Below, piece after piece: positions 1 to 12,499 of a DNA stretch of 64,000 bases. The notes below the pieces were generated by a model. The model ran no database searches and was not told the DNA's origin. It was given only the letters and a program-made list of their open reading frames with translations. The first letter of the stretch is position 1. Each line of letters starts with the position of its first letter. Origin of the DNA: Dicyema japonicum (lineage: Eukaryota > Animalia > Dicyemida); the NCBI GenBank assembly GCA_011109175.1, contig RDEW01000072.1, positions 1 through 64,000 of the forward strand, in the 5' to 3' direction. The position numbers and the translations under genes are program-made.

Positions 1-33
1 ACTCGACCCTTCATAATTCCCCCAAACAATTAA
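1..33 (+). CDS. Last codons (TRPFIIPPNN*) of an upstream copy of the secreted C-type-lectin-like gene
   Basis: Matches the ends of exon 7 at 6744-6776 and 13456-13488. Confidence 0.75.
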   Translation, partial: TRPFIIPPNN

Positions 34-299
34 CAAACTAATGATTAGTTAACTAATTCCGTTATTCTTTAATCCAGTGGTCCTATTCTATTTGAGAGCA
101 CAGAATCCTATCGACATTTTTCAATTTTATACTGAACCCTTATATAGTTTTTAACAATCTTCAGTATTTTACTAATATGTCGCGCGCACAACGCACAACT
201 GCGCAACAAATCATGTGTCAATCAATGTCAATTTTTTCTATTTTGTTGCCAACCTCGATAATATAAAAAATATAATACTAATTGTGAGATTGTTGAGGC

Positions 300-1154
300 T
301 GATATCTTTTAAGCTCTGTAATATTTGAGGGATAAACGCAGGTCTTCTTCCACATACAGTAGGTTCGCGCGTTTTTATGCTTTATATTTGTTAATGCAGA
401 ATATCCACTTTCACAGAGATAAGTCGTTGAAAACTGGACCAAATCCCTTAAAGATTTGTTTGGTAGAATAGGACATTTTTTTGATGATCAGCTAAACAAG
501 AATCAATATAAAACTGTAAATATTCCATTTTTAACGTTCTGTCACTTGAATCAAACGCAAGTTCATCTTCCTCTTAATGATAGCTCGTTTCCAGTAGTTT
601 CGTACTCAGCAAAAGGATTCCCCACCCTATCATAGAGTTCAACTGATATTGGTGGACAATAATTAACCAAAGTGGTTTAATATCATCAGACATATCCTTG
701 ATTCGTCTGCTCACAGAATTATTAGAAATAGGAATTAATTCAAGCACAGCGGCAGCAATTTCTCCAAACATTATCTTCACTACTTTTTTTTGCAGGTAAT
801 ATAACAGTTTTTGGCGAGAATTTTGGTAAAACGGGATGCTTGAACATTATTCTGGTCTAATTTCCAATTTTAAAATATTATTTTTTTCTTTGAAAGTTCA
901 GGGTTCTTGGTGGCGAAGTGACGTCTAAGATTCTTGGAACAATAGCACTTCACCGCAAACAAACAAAGTGGTAGAAGGCAATCCATTTGTCAGTCCATAT
1001 AACTTTTTCGATACGATCGAAATTTAAGATATGCACTGTCACAAGACTCCATTTAGACACGTGTGAATTAAATTAATTTGTTTCGAAAAATTATTCTTTG
1101 AAAAAAGAATAAAAAATATTTTGAACTTCGCGGTACCCAAATTGGGAAACACTG
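300..1154 (-). mobile_element. hAT (Buster/ZBED5-like) transposon remnant, unit 1
   Basis: Peptide KIMFGEIAAAVLELIPISNNSVSRRIKDMSDD resembles Buster-type transposases. Terminal motif CAGTGTTTCCCAA lies on the minus strand at 1142-1154. Confidence 0.8.
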
Positions 1155-1734
1155 ATCTAATCATTCAATTTGAATTATTCAATAAGTAGTACTAGTTTGA
1201 TAAAATCTCAAATCAAAGTTTAACGAATACCTTTTTTGATTATTTGATAATTTGATTTTCTGAAAAACTAAAATTTAGATTATTTAAAAGTCATGATTAT
1301 TCTACGAATTCACTTGTTTATGGACATAACAAATCCCCTGGTCGAAAAAAGCTCGTGATCTTTATTTTAATCCCACATTGAGAGATAGATTTTTTAGAAA
1401 ACGTTAAATAGTATGAATTTTAAAAGCTTTTTCTCATCAATCCTTTGTTTATTACTTATGATATTGATCTTTTTCGAGTTTCTATCTGATTGAATTTCAC
1501 GAGAAAGAAAACATAGGGCTCTTCCATCCATAACGAAGTTAACATTATAGTTAGTCCAATAGATGTACGTCACTTCCTTACATTCATTTGATTAATACTT
1601 AGTTTAATAACCAGGTATATAACAAATACTTTTATATTTATTGAGATTTGCTACACCTAGTTTTAATTATAAAATATTTGGCAAAAGTATAAGTAACTTT
1701 TTGTTGTCGATGGACTAATGAACGTGTGAGTTAC

Positions 1735-1860
1735 AAAAATTTCTGATCTCTCTATGTACATTCCAACTTAACATTCCAAGCATTTACGATACTTCTTAGT
1801 TTGACAAGTGACGCCGTCATCCTTGAATGCTTCACTGCGGAACCGGATTGTCTACAAATG
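1735..1860 (+). mobile_element. Old diverged SINE core (same family as 46103-46427); equivalents in units 2 and 3
   Basis: GTTTGACAAGTGACGCCGTCATC...CACTGCGGAACCGGATTGTCTA matches the SINE body at ~46215-46270. Confidence 0.6.
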
Positions 1861-2039
1861 GGTTAACAAAGGGTGATATGAAATTTCAAGTAGGATTTTT
1901 AGGGAAATAGTCTTCATGAGGTGATAATATCATATAAGTTACTAATTATACTTCGTCTCAGAGTTTGCTACGAAGGCAACCCTGTTTAAGGTCCTAGTGA
2001 GGAAGTCGGATGCCATATTTCTTTTTTCATTTGAATACC

Positions 2040-2130
2040 TTCGGCAGGAATGTACAGCAGCGAGATTCGAATCTAACCGTGAGGATTTTTATAACGCCTT
2101 ATAACACTCACAACCACCTAATTACACTCC
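2040..2130 (-). mobile_element. Diverged SINE head fragment, inverted relative to 1735-1860
   Basis: Minus strand reads GATTCGAATCTCGCTGCTGTACATTCCTGCCGAAGG, similar to the SINE B-box region. Confidence 0.5.
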
Positions 2131-2348
2131 GTCACAATAAAACCACAGCCTGGGTATTTTCTGCTTTGGAACGATCTAAGCGAATTGGAAGGCTAAATTT
2201 GTTTATCTAGTCTGTATATACCGAAAAAGGTCAAAAGATAGCAATGCCTGATCAGGTATATCCATTTTTCACGGTTGGAATAATTCTCATCCTTTCCAGG
2301 TCCATGTATATCGCAGTTGTGGGGACCATCAGGTGGAGTAGAGATAGT

Positions 2349-2430
2349 CACAAGCCAATTATCCCTGTGGTAACTTTTCTGTCACCTTTAGCTTAAAGCT
2401 TTTAAAAGCAAAAGGATCGATAGGCCACGC
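2349..2430 (-). pseudogene. 82-bp fragment of nuclear LSU (28S) rRNA, peptidyl-transferase region; not a functional gene
   Basis: Minus strand GCGTGGCCTATCGATCC...CAGAAAAGTTACCACAGGGATAATTGGCTTGTG matches the conserved eukaryotic LSU motif GAAAAGTTACCACAGGGATAACTGGCTTGTG. No flanking rRNA sequence. Confidence 0.85.
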
Positions 2431-4268
2431 CCTCTAGGTCAGTCAGGACCTATGGAATTTCAATTGTCCCTTACTTTTAACATGCCTTAATTTATTGCGA
2501 TGATATCAATTAATTAATGAATTAAGTTTAAAAATAATAATCTTGTTTATGACAAAATAGATATTTTATAATAAAAAAGCCAAAAAAGTAAAATAAGTAA
2601 GGTGATTATTAGTGGAGGTCACACTGTATTAGTATAATAAATTGTCCCCCAAAATATGCTGAGGGAACCATATCAGTTCACAGGAGGTCTCCAAGTTGGC
2701 AGTGACAAAGAATATGTAATTTAGTGTATTGTCGATGACACGTGAATAATAAAACAAAAATAATTCAAAATTCCCTCACAAAGCAATATGATTATTGAAA
2801 ACAAAACTAGTTTTTGGAGTGAATATTTGATAAAACACAATCTATAAAATAGATCGACAATAAAATAGATTTTTATGTTTCAAAGGTTTCAGTGATTCAA
2901 ATTGTGAAATATTTTGCCGAAACATAAGTAAATTAAAGTAAGTAGCGAAAGTTCACCATAAGTATATTTATTTACCACCAACCTCTTCAAGTAAGGAAAT
3001 TGGTAATTAACCGAAGGCCATGGTTACAATATTGTTATTTCCGCGAAAATTAAAATAAGGAAAAATTAACGTAGGACATATGATCACAACAACAATATTA
3101 CGAAAAAACGATATTCTGATTACCAATACATCACAAATGGAATCTTCTAGAATAGCCAATACTGACTGGAAGCCGAGATGATTAACCAGTGAATTTAAAA
3201 CGTGTGGATTAATTTGTAGTGACGAATCAAAAACTTGTTGTGTAATAATTAAAATCAGTGATAAAAGAATATTAAACGTGGTCTCCAGTTCGCAGTAGAA
3301 TGGACACTTTCTGAATTGGTTCAACTAAGAAAATATAGGAGAATTCCTTTATTGATCTCCTGACGACTTGATAGATCATCAGATGAGTCTCTTTCAATTT
3401 TTCATCCAAAGACAACAAACAATATCCACATAAAATGTTATCAATGTATTTCAGCAAAAATAGACCAAATAGAGTTTTGTATTTGAATAAGGATTTTTCA
3501 TTTGCTTCTCCACAGTGGAAAACTAAAATGGGCATAAATGTGAAGTTTTCCCCCCAATAATATTAGTCTTCAAGAAAGACCAAATATCTCACTAATTCAT
3601 CTACCTCTGAGCAGGATCCAAACACAATTTTGTAGTAGACAATTCAATGGGTGAGTTATCGCATCATCAAACTCTTACGCCAGCAACATTCGTCGATCTT
3701 CACAATATCAGTTCCCCATAAGCCGTCTGTAGTGACTAACCAATATTTGTCCCCCAGTCGCCTGCTCTCTAGGGTCTCAGAGTCTCCAAAGGTTCACAAT
3801 ACTAGAAAAACCATGGCAATATTCTTCATTCGAAAACCGATAATAATGAGGAATTCCATAAATAACTAAAAATCAAACAATCTCGGAAATAAAGTCAATA
3901 AAGTTGAAAATAATGGCAAACCAATATACTTGACTCATGTTGGCAATAATTATAAGGATGCATGTCTTGAAGTTGAAATAATGTTCTAATATTAAGTGGT
4001 AGACGTCATCAGTTCATCAATTTAAACGAATTCTGATTCCGCATATTGACATTATTTCAATTTCACTAAAACAGCTTTATTAAATTATTAGCAGCTTATT
4101 CTGTCAAATTTTAGAAATAAAGTTGCTACATATGCTCGCCCGTTTAATTTGAAAATAGCGTATTTATTACAGTATATAGTATTATATTAAGAGGAATACA
4201 AAAAGTAAATATGCCAAGGTGTAATAGATATTTATATTTTATTCGACTTCGGGTTCGCCACAATAAAA

Positions 4269-4901
4269 TTATTATTATTAGCAGTTCCAATAAAAAATAA
4301 AAAGTTTCCCTTGTGCCGTATTCCGAATTATCCTTTCCGTGAGTTTCGACAATGATCTTTTGTTGCCTGCTAGTTCTCTTAGGTCGTCCAGGCTTGTGTG
4401 GGATTAGATTGTACCCCATGCCGCGCAGCAGTAACTGATTGACAAAAGTATATATTGGTAGTAGAGATGATCTACTTTTCGGTGGAACCATCTCTTGTAG
4501 TATCCAAGTAGTGTTTTTACAAAGTATAATTTTCGCTGGAAGAGAGATTATGTTGCTCACATGTATTTTGTAGGTCATTAGTGGGTCATATGTGACCCCA
4601 GTATTTTGGTTAAATTTGTGGAGGGTATTGTTATTCCATTCAGGGTCAATGAAGGCGCCGAATTAGTCAATCTTCTGTTCGAAGGAAAAAATCATAGAGA
4701 ATGACTTTTCAGGACTTGTGTGTAGTTGGTTCTTTGTAAGCCAACAGTTCAGATTATCCAGTGAATCTTGAAAGCGGGTACCCGCTGTGTGGAATAATTG
4801 GTCTCTTGTTCCCAGGATTAAGTCGTCGCCGTAAGCAAGGAATAGGGTATCGTCGCAGCTGTAAGAAAGGCATGTCACGATGAATAAGTTAAATAGAATG
4901 G
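4269..4901 (-). mobile_element. 3' part of a Jockey-like LINE (RT C-terminus to (TAA)n tail), unit 1
   Basis: LAYGDDL (degenerate YADD) and LGVTYDPLMT peptides; GCTAATAATAATAA tail. The same element is nearly full length at 18787-21180. Confidence 0.8.
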
Positions 4902-5468
4902 AATGTCATTTTGAACCTTAACAAAAAAAGAATTGGAAAGGTCAAACCCGGGAAAGGAATCTTGCAAGGAGACTCACTCTCTCCCCAGCTGTTTACTCTG
5001 GTAATGGACTCACTAAGCCGAATATTAAATATAAAATTCCCGAAGATATGAATTGATCAGAGTGATCCGTCTATTGTGACATATGCGACTAACCATTTTC
5101 TTTTTATTGACGACCTGAAAATAAAAGCCGAATATGAAGATACTATTCTAATATGGTGGAGGAATATAGATGATTATATGGGTGTTGTTGGCTTTAAAAG
5201 AAACTGTGAAAAGTCTGCGACTAATCTGAAATGTGCCAAAGATACAAGTTATCTGGATGGTTGTGAGGGATATCGCTATCTTGGAGTGTTAGAAGATAAA
5301 GGGAGTAAGGTTATGAAAGACAAAGTTATGGAAAAAATTGCTGAAAATGTGAAAAGGATAGAGATGCTGGCGAATTCGAAATTAAACGCTATAAACTTGT
5401 TTAAAGCGATAAATGAATACGCACTCTTGCTATATAATTATTATATTGGGCGCACATCCAATCAATGA
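4902..5468 (+). mobile_element. Non-LTR reverse transcriptase fragment, unit 1
   Basis: GILQGDSLSPQLF, HFLFIDDLKI and YRYLGVLE motifs, frameshifted. Confidence 0.85.
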
Positions 5469-5790
5469 CGATTAAAAAACTTTAGAGAGCATAATAATCG
5501 AGCATAGACATGGGCTGAAAGTTAATAGCTATGATGATGAGGTTACATGAGTGACTAATCATCTCATCTCTAACTCGGTGGTGACGTCGAAGAGGGAGCA
5601 AGAGAAACAGCTGTCTTGTCTAGTGATTTGCTTTCTTAAGTGGTATACTAGGGGAACAGTGAGGGTAATACAAAAAACCAATGCCCAAAAAGTAAGAGAA
5701 TTCAGCATGCATAGTGTTAATTAATTACGATTGATTTTCTTTATTAGATTATTTTCTATATATAGCCAAAAATCTTATGATAAACGAAAA

Positions 5791-6776
5791 ATGAATATTT
5801 TAGTCATTTTGATGCTATCCGTTATAACAAGTAGATTTGTCTTTATGATTTAAGTATGTTACAACTCTTTTAATATTGGAAATCATGGATATATGATTTA
5901 TCCACATCTGACTAGAGTTCCAGATCCAACTTGTCACTACGGTTATCCAGTTATCATTAATGATGTTAATGAACTATTAGCTTTGATTAGTAAGTGATTT
6001 TATTATTTTATTAGATAAAATAGGTCAAGATTTTTGGATTCAAGGAAAGTTCGTTCAAGGAGGATTTTATTTAAATAATGGTACAAAGATGGTTTTTATA
6101 AATCACGAATTTTAGCCTTACGAATTTATTGGAGAGTATGACTCAGATTATTACTACATTGCTGTTAAGGCCTGTCAATTAAAGATGACTTTTCGATTCC
6201 GTATAGAATATTTAGTATTTGTATGCGAAATTGGTTCAAATTTATATTATTTTAGATTACCCTATTAATGCTACTAATGATTATGTGCGACCGCAAACTC
6301 TCTTTATTATCGGAGATCTATACCAAAGTATGCACAGCGAAACCACACCACTTATTATATACATAATGGGAGAGGATACATCGTCACTAATAAATATCAT
6401 AATTATACGCAATTGGGTCTTGCATGTGGACAATATAATGCTACTGTAGTTGAGATTAACGATGATCAGAAGAAAGAATTTATCTATAGTAACTTTATAA
6501 TAATTGTTCAGATATAATTGAGGCTGATTCATTTGTCGATGATAGACGTGGTTATTTAGATGACATTAAAATTATTGAGTATTGCTTTGGTGAAATTGTG
6601 GATTTGGGGTTTATGATATATTTTGTTCTGCAACATGTAGTATGTGAGACAGGTTGCTATAATATTTGAGTATAGATGAACAAACAATAGTCAATATGTT
6701 TGTCGGAAAAACACGATTTGATAATAATCCGAATATTACAACGACTCGACCCTTCATAATTCCCCCAAACAATTAA
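5791..6776 (+). CDS. 7-exon gene for a secreted ~281-aa protein with two putative C-type-lectin-like domains, copy 1 (1-nt deficit in exon 5 near 6300)
   Basis: Exons 5791-5830, 5855-5989, 6015-6091, 6116-6233, 6256-6488, 6512-6652, 6676-6776. GT-AG introns are 24, 25, 24, 22, 23 and 23 nt. Spliced length is 845 nt (846 needed). N-terminus MNILVILMLSVITIC is hydrophobic. The fold call rests on motif spacing only. Confidence 0.8.
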
Positions 6777-7009
6777 CAAACTGATGATTAGTTAACTAAT
6801 TCCGTTATTCTTTAATCCAGTGGTCCCTATCTATTTGAGAGCAGAATCCTATCGACATTTTTCAATTTTATACGGAACCCTTATATAGTTTTTAACAATT
6901 TTCAGTATTTTACTAATATGTCGCGCGCACAACGCACAACTGCGCAACAAATCATGTGTCAATCAATGTCAATTTCTTCTAATTTGATTTGGCCTTGTCC
7001 TTGACAGTG

Positions 7010-7834
7010 ATAAACGCAGGTCTTCTTCCACATACAGTAGGTTCGCGCGTGTTTATGCTTTATATTTGTTAATACAGAACATCCACTTTCACAGAGATAA
7101 GTCGTTGAAAACTGAACCAAATCCCTTAAAGCTTTGTTTGGCAGAATAGGATATTCTTTTTTGATGATCAGCTAAACAAGAATCAATATAAAACTGTAAA
7201 TATTCCATTTTTAACGTTCTGTCACTTGAAACAAACGCAAGTTCTTCTTCCTTTTAATGATAGCTCGTTTCCAGTAGTTTCGTACTCAGCAAAAGGATTC
7301 CCCACCCTATCATAGAGTTCAACTGATATTGGTGGAATAATTAACCAAAGTGTTTTAATATCATCAGACATATCCTTGATTCGTCTGCTCACAGAATTAT
7401 TAGAAATAGGAATTAATTCAAGCACAGCGGCAGCAATTTCTCCGAACATTATCTTCACTACTTTTTTTTGCAGGTAATATAACAGTTTTGGCGAGAATTT
7501 TGGTAAAACGGGATGCTTGAACATTATTCTGGTCTAATTTCCAATTTTAAAATATTATTTTTTTCTTTGAAAGTTCAGGGTGCTTGGTGGCGAAGTGACG
7601 TCTAAGATTCTTGGAACCATAGCACTTCACCGCAAACAAACAAAGTGGTAGAAGGCAATCCATGTCTCAGTCCATATAACTTTCTCGATACGATTGAAAT
7701 TTAAGATATGCACTGTCACAAGACTCCATTTAGACACGTGCGAATTAAATTAATTCGTTTCGAAAAATTATTCTTTTGAAAAAAGAATAAAAAATTAATT
7801 TTGAACTTCGCGGTACCCAGGTTGGGAAACACTG
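7010..7834 (-). mobile_element. hAT (Buster-like) remnant, unit 2
   Basis: ORF 7222-7524 transposase fragment; terminus CAGTGTTTCCCAACCT ends at 7834. Confidence 0.8.
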
Positions 7835-9028
7835 CTCTAATTATTCAATTTGAATTATTCAATAAGTAGTACTAGTTTGATAAAATCTCAAATCAAAGTT
7901 AAACGAATACCTTTTTTGATTATTTGATAATTTGATTTTCTGAAAAACTAAAATTTAGATTATTTAAAAGTCATGATTATTTTACGAATCCACTTGTTTA
8001 TGGACATAACAATTCTCCTGGTCGAAAAAAGCTCGTGATCTTTATTTTTAATCCCACATTGAGAGATAGATTTTTTAGAAAACGTTAAATAGTATGAATT
8101 TTAAAAGCTTTCTCTCATCAATCCTTGTTCATTACTTATGATATTGATCTTTTTCGAGTTTCTATCTGATTGAATTTCACGAGAAAGAAAGCATAGGGCT
8201 CTGCCATCCATAACGAAGTTAACATTATATAGTTAGTCCAATAGATGTACGTCACTTCCTTACCTTAATTTGATTAATACTTAGTTTAATAACCAGGTAT
8301 ATAACAAATACTTTTATATTTATTGAGATTTGCTACACCTAGTTTTAATTATAAAATATTTGGCAAAAGTATAACTAACTTTTAGTTGTCGATGGACTAA
8401 TGAACGTGTGAGTTACAGAAGTTTCTAATCTCTCTATTTAAATTCAACTGAAGATTCCAAGCATTTACTATACTTCTTAGTTTGACGAGTGACGCCATCA
8501 TCCTTGAATGCCTCACTGCGGAACCGGATTGTCTACAACTGGTTTCCCAAGGGTGATATGAAATTTCAAGTAGGAGTTTTTGGGAAATAGTCTTCATGAG
8601 GTGATAATATCATATAAGTTACTAATTATACTTCGTCTCAGAGTTTGCTACGAAGGCAACCCTGTTTAAGGTCCTAGTGAGGAAGTCGGATGCCATATTT
8701 CTTTTTTCATTTGAATACCTTCGGCAGGAATGTACAGCAGCGAGATTCGAATCTAACCGTGAGGATTTTTATGGCGCTTATAACACTCACAATCACCTAA
8801 TTACACTCCGTCACAATAAAACCACAGCCTAGGTATTTTCTGCTTTGGAACGATCTAAGCGAATTGGAAAGCTAAATTTGTTTATCTAGTCTGTATATAC
8901 CGGAAAAAGGTCAAGAGATAGCAATGTCTGATCAGGTATATCCATTTTTCACGGTTAGAATAATTCTCATCCTTTCCTGGTCCATCCATATCGCAGTTGT
9001 GGGGACCATCTGGTAGAGTAGAGATAGT

Positions 9029-9110
9029 CACAAGCCAATTATCCCTGTGGTAACTTTTCTGTCACCTTTAGCTTAAAGCTTTTAAAAGCAAAAGGATCGA
9101 TAGGCCACGC
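9029..9110 (-). pseudogene. 82-bp LSU rRNA fragment, unit 2
   Basis: Identical to 2349-2430. Confidence 0.85.
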
Positions 9111-10982
9111 CCTCTAGGTCAGTCAGGACCTATGGAATTTCAATTGTCCCTTACTTTTAACATGCCTTAATTTATTGCGATGATATCAATTAATTAATGA
9201 ATTAAGTTTAAAAATAATAATCTTGTTTATGACAAAATGCATATTTTATAATAAAAAAGCCAAAAAAGTAAAATAAGTAAGGTGATTATTAGTGGAGGTC
9301 ACACTGTATTAGTATAATAAATTGTCCCCCAAAATATGCTGAGGGAACCATATCAGTTCACAGGAGGTCTCCGAGTTGGCAGTGACAAAGAATATGTAAT
9401 TTAGTGTATTGTCGATGACACGTGAATAATAAAACAAAAATAATTCAAAATCCCCACAAAGCAATATGATTATTGAAAACAAAACTAGTGTTTGGAGTGA
9501 ATATTTGATAAAACACAATCTATAAAATGATAAAATAGATCGACAATAAAATAGATTTTTATGTTTCAAAGGTTTCAGTGATTCAAATTGTGAAATATTT
9601 TGCCGAAACATAAGTAAATTTAAAGTAAGTAGCGAAAGTTCACCATAAGTATGTTTATTTACCACCAACCTCTTCACGTAAAGAAATCGGTAATTAACGG
9701 AAGGCCATGGTTACAATATTGTTATTTCCGCGAAAATTAAAATAAGGAAAAATCAACGTAGGGAATATGCTCCAACGTAGGAATTACAGATAAACAATAT
9801 TCTGTTTACCAATACATCACAAATGGAATCTTCTAGAATAGCCAATACTGACTGGAAGCCGAGATGATTAACCAGTGAATATAAAACGTGTGGATTAATT
9901 TGTAGTGACGAATACAAAAACTTGTTGTTTAATAATTAAAATCAGTGATAAAGGAATATTAAACGTGGTCTTCAGTTCGCAGTAGAATGGACACTTTCTG
10001 AATTGGTTCCACTAAGAAAATATAGGAGAATTCCTTTATTGATCTCCTGACGACTTGATAGATCATCAGATGAGTCTCTTTCAATTTGTCATCAAAAGAC
10101 AACAAACAATATCCACATAAAATGTTATCAATGTATTTCAGCAAAAATAGACCAAATAGAGTTTTGTATATTTGAATATGGATTTTTCATTTGCTTCTCC
10201 ACAGTGGAAAACTAAAATAGGCATAAATGTGAAGTTTCCCCCCTCCCCCCAATAATATTAGTCTTCAAGAAAGACCAAACATCTCACTAATTCATCTCCC
10301 TCTGAGCAGGATCCAAACACAATTTTGTAGTAGACAATTCAATGGGTGAGTTATCGCATCATAAAACTCTCACGCCAGCAACACTCGTCGATCTTCCCAA
10401 TATCAGTTCCCCATGAGCCGTCCGTTGTGACTAACCAATTTTTGTCCCCCACTCGCCTGCTCTCTAGGGTCTCAGAGTCAAATAAAAAAATCATTCAATC
10501 TCCAAAGGTTCACAATACTAGAAAAACTATGGCAATATTCTCCAATCGAAAACCGATAATAATGAGGAATTCCATAAATACCTAAAAATCAAACAATCTC
10601 GGAAATAAAGTCAATAAATTGAAAATAATGGAAAACCAATATACTTGACTCATGTTGGCAATAATTATAAGGATGCATGTCTTGAAGTTGAAATAATGTT
10701 CGAATATTAAGTGCTAGACGTCATCAGTTCATCAATTTAAACGAATTCTGATTCCGCATATTGACATTATTTCAATTTCACTAAAACAGCTTTATTAAAT
10801 TATTAGCAGCTTATTCTGTCAAATCTTAGAAATAAACTTGTTATATATGCTCGCCCTTTTAATTTGAAAATATTGTATTTATTACAGCATATAATATTAT
10901 ATTATGAGGAATACAAAAAGTAAATATGCAGAGGTGTAACAGATATTTATATTTTATTCGACTTCGGGTTTGCCACAATAAA

Positions 10983-11614
10983 ATTATTATTATTAGCAGT
11001 CCCGATAAAAAATAAAAAGTTTCCCTTGTGCCGTATTCCGAATTATCCTTTCCGTGAGTTTCGACCATGATCTTTTGCTGCCTGCTAGTTCTCTTAGGTC
11101 GTCCATGGTTGTGTGGGATTAGTTTGTACTCCATGCCGCCCAGCAGTAACTGATTGACAAAAGTATGTATTGGTAGTAGAAATGATCTACTTTTGTGTGG
11201 AATTATCTCTTGTAGTATCCAAGTAGCGTTTTTACAAAGTATAATTTTCGCTGGAAGAGAGTTTATGTTGCTCACATGTTTGCTGAAGGTCATTAATGGG
11301 TCATATGTGACCCCCAGTATTTTGGTTAAATTTGTGGAGGGATTGTTATTCCATTCAGGGTCAATGAAGGCGCCGAATTAGTCAATCTTCTGTTCGAAGT
11401 AAAAATCATAGAGAATGACTTTTCAGGACTTGTGTGTAGTTGGTTCCTTGTAAGCCAACAGTTCAGGTTATCCAGTGAATCTTGAAAGCGGGTACCCGCT
11501 GTGTGGAATAATTGGTCTCTTGGTCACAGGATTAAATCGTCGATGTAATCAAAGAATAGGGTATTGTCGCAGCTGTAAGAAAGCATGTCACGATGAATAA
11601 GTTAAATAGAATGG
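10983..11614 (-). mobile_element. 3' part of Jockey-like LINE, unit 2
   Basis: Copy of 4269-4901 (MTFSKHVSNI peptide, (TAA)n tail). Confidence 0.8.
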
Positions 11615-12180
11615 AATGTCATTTTGAACCTTAACAAAAAAAGAATTGGAAAGAACAAACTCGGGAGAGGAATCTTGCAAGGAGACTCACTCTCTCCCCA
11701 GCTGTTTACTCTCGTAATGGGCCCACTAAGCCGAATATTAAATATAAAATTCCCGAAGATATGTATTGATCAGAGTGATCCGTCTATTGTGACATATGCG
11801 ACTAACCATTTTCTTTTTATTGACGACCTGAAAATAATTGCCGAATATGAAGATACTATCCTAAAATGATGGAGGATATAGATGAATATCTGGGTGTTGT
11901 TGGCCTTAAAAGAAACTGTGAAAAGTCAGCAACTAATCTGAAATGTGCCAAAGATACAAGTTATCTGGATGGTTGTGAGGGATATCGCTATCTTGGGGTG
12001 TTAGAAGATAAAGGGAGTAAGGTTATGAAAGACAAAGTTATGGAAAAAATTGCTGAAAATGTGAAGAATAGAGATGCTGGCGAATTCGAAATTAAACGCT
12101 ATAAACTTGTTTAAAGCGATAAATGAATACGCACTTTTGCTATATAATTATTATATTGGGCGCACATCCAATCAATGACG
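11615..12180 (+). mobile_element. Non-LTR RT fragment, unit 2
   Basis: ORFs 11624-11869 and 11866-12114 contain GILQGDSLSP and FIDDLK. Confidence 0.85.
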
Positions 12181-12499
12181 ATTAAAAAACTTTAGAGAGC
12201 ATAATAATCGAGCATAGACATGGGCTGAAAGTTAATAGCTATGATGATGAGGTTACATGAGTGACTAATCATCTTATCTCTAACTCGGTGGTGACGTCGA
12301 AGAGGAAGCAAAAGAAACAGCTGTCTTGTCTAGTGATTTGCTTTCTAAAGTGATATACAAGGGGAACAGTAGGGTAATATAAAAAACCAATGCCCAAAAA
12401 GGAGGAGAATTCAGCATGCATAGTGTTAATTAATTACAATTGATTTTCTTTATTAGATTATTTTCTATATATAGCCAAAAATCTTATGATAAACGAAAA

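Noticed and set aside
2349-2430. Functional rRNA locus
   Set aside because: Only 82 bp, with no flanking rRNA or spacer sequence.
5791-6120. Alternative genetic code (TAA/TAG as sense) suggested by stops conserved between array copies
   Set aside because: The conserved stops fall inside GT-AG micro-introns or in off-frame readings; standard-code spliced models are in frame.
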